From: a virus
Taxonomy: Duplodnaviria > Caudoviricetes
Reading direction: 5' to 3' (one strand)
DNA: 61,010 nucleotides
Virus record (IMG/VR): IMGVR_UViG_3300008255_000145
Location: 1 to 61,010 of that record
This document shows positions 60,118 to 61,010 of this stretch, piece after piece (within the stretch, counting starts at the first letter, position 1; every line of letters starts with the position of its first letter). The notes beneath the pieces are model-generated. The model saw nothing but the letters and a program-made list of their open reading frames with translations, ran no database searches and was not told the DNA's origin. A program made the translations under genes and the position numbers.

Positions 60118-60519
60118 GTGAGAATTAGTAAAAACATAGACTTAAGATGTAATATTAATAATGGCGCTAATAGGATCTACTATGCTGTTGATTTATATTG
60201 TACTATATTTAGTCTTGTTGTTTCTTTAGTTTTTTGGAGACTAGATAAGGATATGCCGCCTTTTCTTGCCTATGTAACATTAGATGGATATGAAATACTA
60301 AACAAGAATGAAACTATGTTTAGTATTATAACTATGTTTGCTATAATAATTGATATTGCCAATCGCACATATGAGGTAGGATGGTTTAGTTTTACTCCGT
60401 TTTGGGAGGGTAGCAATATCCTCTTGGTGAGTAGCGTTGTTTCAATTGCAATGACTATCATTATGTGTATAATGTGGCTTATAAAGTTTAATAGTTATAT
60501 GAAAAATACAAAAGATTGA
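60118..60519 (+). CDS. Hypothetical membrane protein (133 aa)
   Basis: GGAGG RBS with GTG start; three hydrophobic segments. Confidence 0.65.
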   Translation: MRISKNIDLRCNINNGANRIYYAVDLYCTIFSLVVSLVFWRLDKDMPPFLAYVTLDGYEILNKNETMFSIITMFAIIIDIANRTYEVGWFSFTPFWEGSNILLVSSVVSIAMTIIMCIMWLIKFNSYMKNTKD

Positions 60520-60578
60520 GAAGACGAAGAAAGATATCGCGGCCACATTCCACTAATTAAATAATGTAGTTAATACAT

Positions 60579-60770
60579 ATGAAATCACAAATTGTAAAAA
60601 TGCCAGAGGCTAGAGACCTCAGGGCATTAAAACGGTTAGAATTAGCTCCCTATATATACTCTAGGGAAGCACGTCAAAGTATACCTGAAAAGGAATACGA
60701 ACGACTTAAAAGATTAAGAGTTAGTAAAATTAAACGTCAATTTAACATTAATGAAGGAGTTGTTGTATGA
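60579..60770 (+). CDS. Small basic hypothetical protein (63 aa)
   Basis: Coupled to the next ORF by ATGA; weak RBS. Confidence 0.5.
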   Translation: MKSQIVKMPEARDLRALKRLELAPYIYSREARQSIPEKEYERLKRLRVSKIKRQFNINEGVVV

Positions 60771-60967
60771 TTTATCCAATTAAACAGATGATTGTAAAAA
60801 AAATAGCTACTAATACTAAGAATATTAGAGATAGTATAGTGTCTGAATTTAATATGAGAAAATCTGCCGCAAATGATGCTATACGCGTTGTTCGTAAGCA
60901 GTTAGGATTGTACCGGAAAAACTCCGGTAAACATTTAATAGCAAAAACAAAAAAGGAGTCAGCATGA
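60767..60967 (+). CDS. Small basic hypothetical protein (66 aa)
   Basis: RBS GAAGGAG; ATGA overlaps at both ends. Confidence 0.65.
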   Translation: MIYPIKQMIVKKIATNTKNIRDSIVSEFNMRKSAANDAIRVVRKQLGLYRKNSGKHLIAKTKKESA

Positions 60968-61010
60968 CAATCTTAGATTATCTAGTTAAAAACCTTGAGT
61001 TCGTCCCTGG
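60964..61010 (+). CDS. Start of a further ORF (MTILDYLVKNLEFVP..), truncated by the window edge
   Basis: RBS AAAGGAG and ATGA overlap. Confidence 0.6.
   Translation, partial: MTILDYLVKNLEFVP

Noticed and set aside
54547-60461. Minus-strand ORFs in the early arm
   Set aside because: They are antisense to plus-strand genes that have good RBSs.
1-61010. Alternative genetic code
   Set aside because: Genes tile densely under the standard code and all three stop codons end plausible genes.

Overview
An AT-rich fragment of a large contractile-tailed phage (myovirus) genome with two divergent arms. Bases 1-53035 (minus strand) hold a near-complete late/structural module: terminase, portal, prohead protease, major capsid, neck, sheath, tube, chaperones, baseplate and a tail fibre that runs off the left end. 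Bases 53036-61010 (plus strand) look like an early region of small ORFs around an 881-aa polymerase gene. All calls come from reading motifs and base-pairing by eye; no database search was run. Main observations: (1) Two very different single-chain two-barrel RNA polymerase candidates. One is a 1403-aa tail-module protein with beta-like DGFLMSE and KFWGSFGK motifs and beta'-like RAP...DQDKD (candidate virion RNAP). The other is a YonO/cellular-RdRP-like enzyme with DYDGD (candidate non-virion RNAP). (2) The early intergenic DNA carries self-cleaving ribozyme candidates (one pistol, two twisters with co-varying pseudoknots, one deleted twister remnant) and three tRNA-like elements. The two twisters bracket the polymerase gene. 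(3) The tail fibre has an identical GC-rich 18-nt sequence at three module boundaries. (4) The baseplate hub protein carries both a lysozyme and an EEP nuclease/phosphatase domain.
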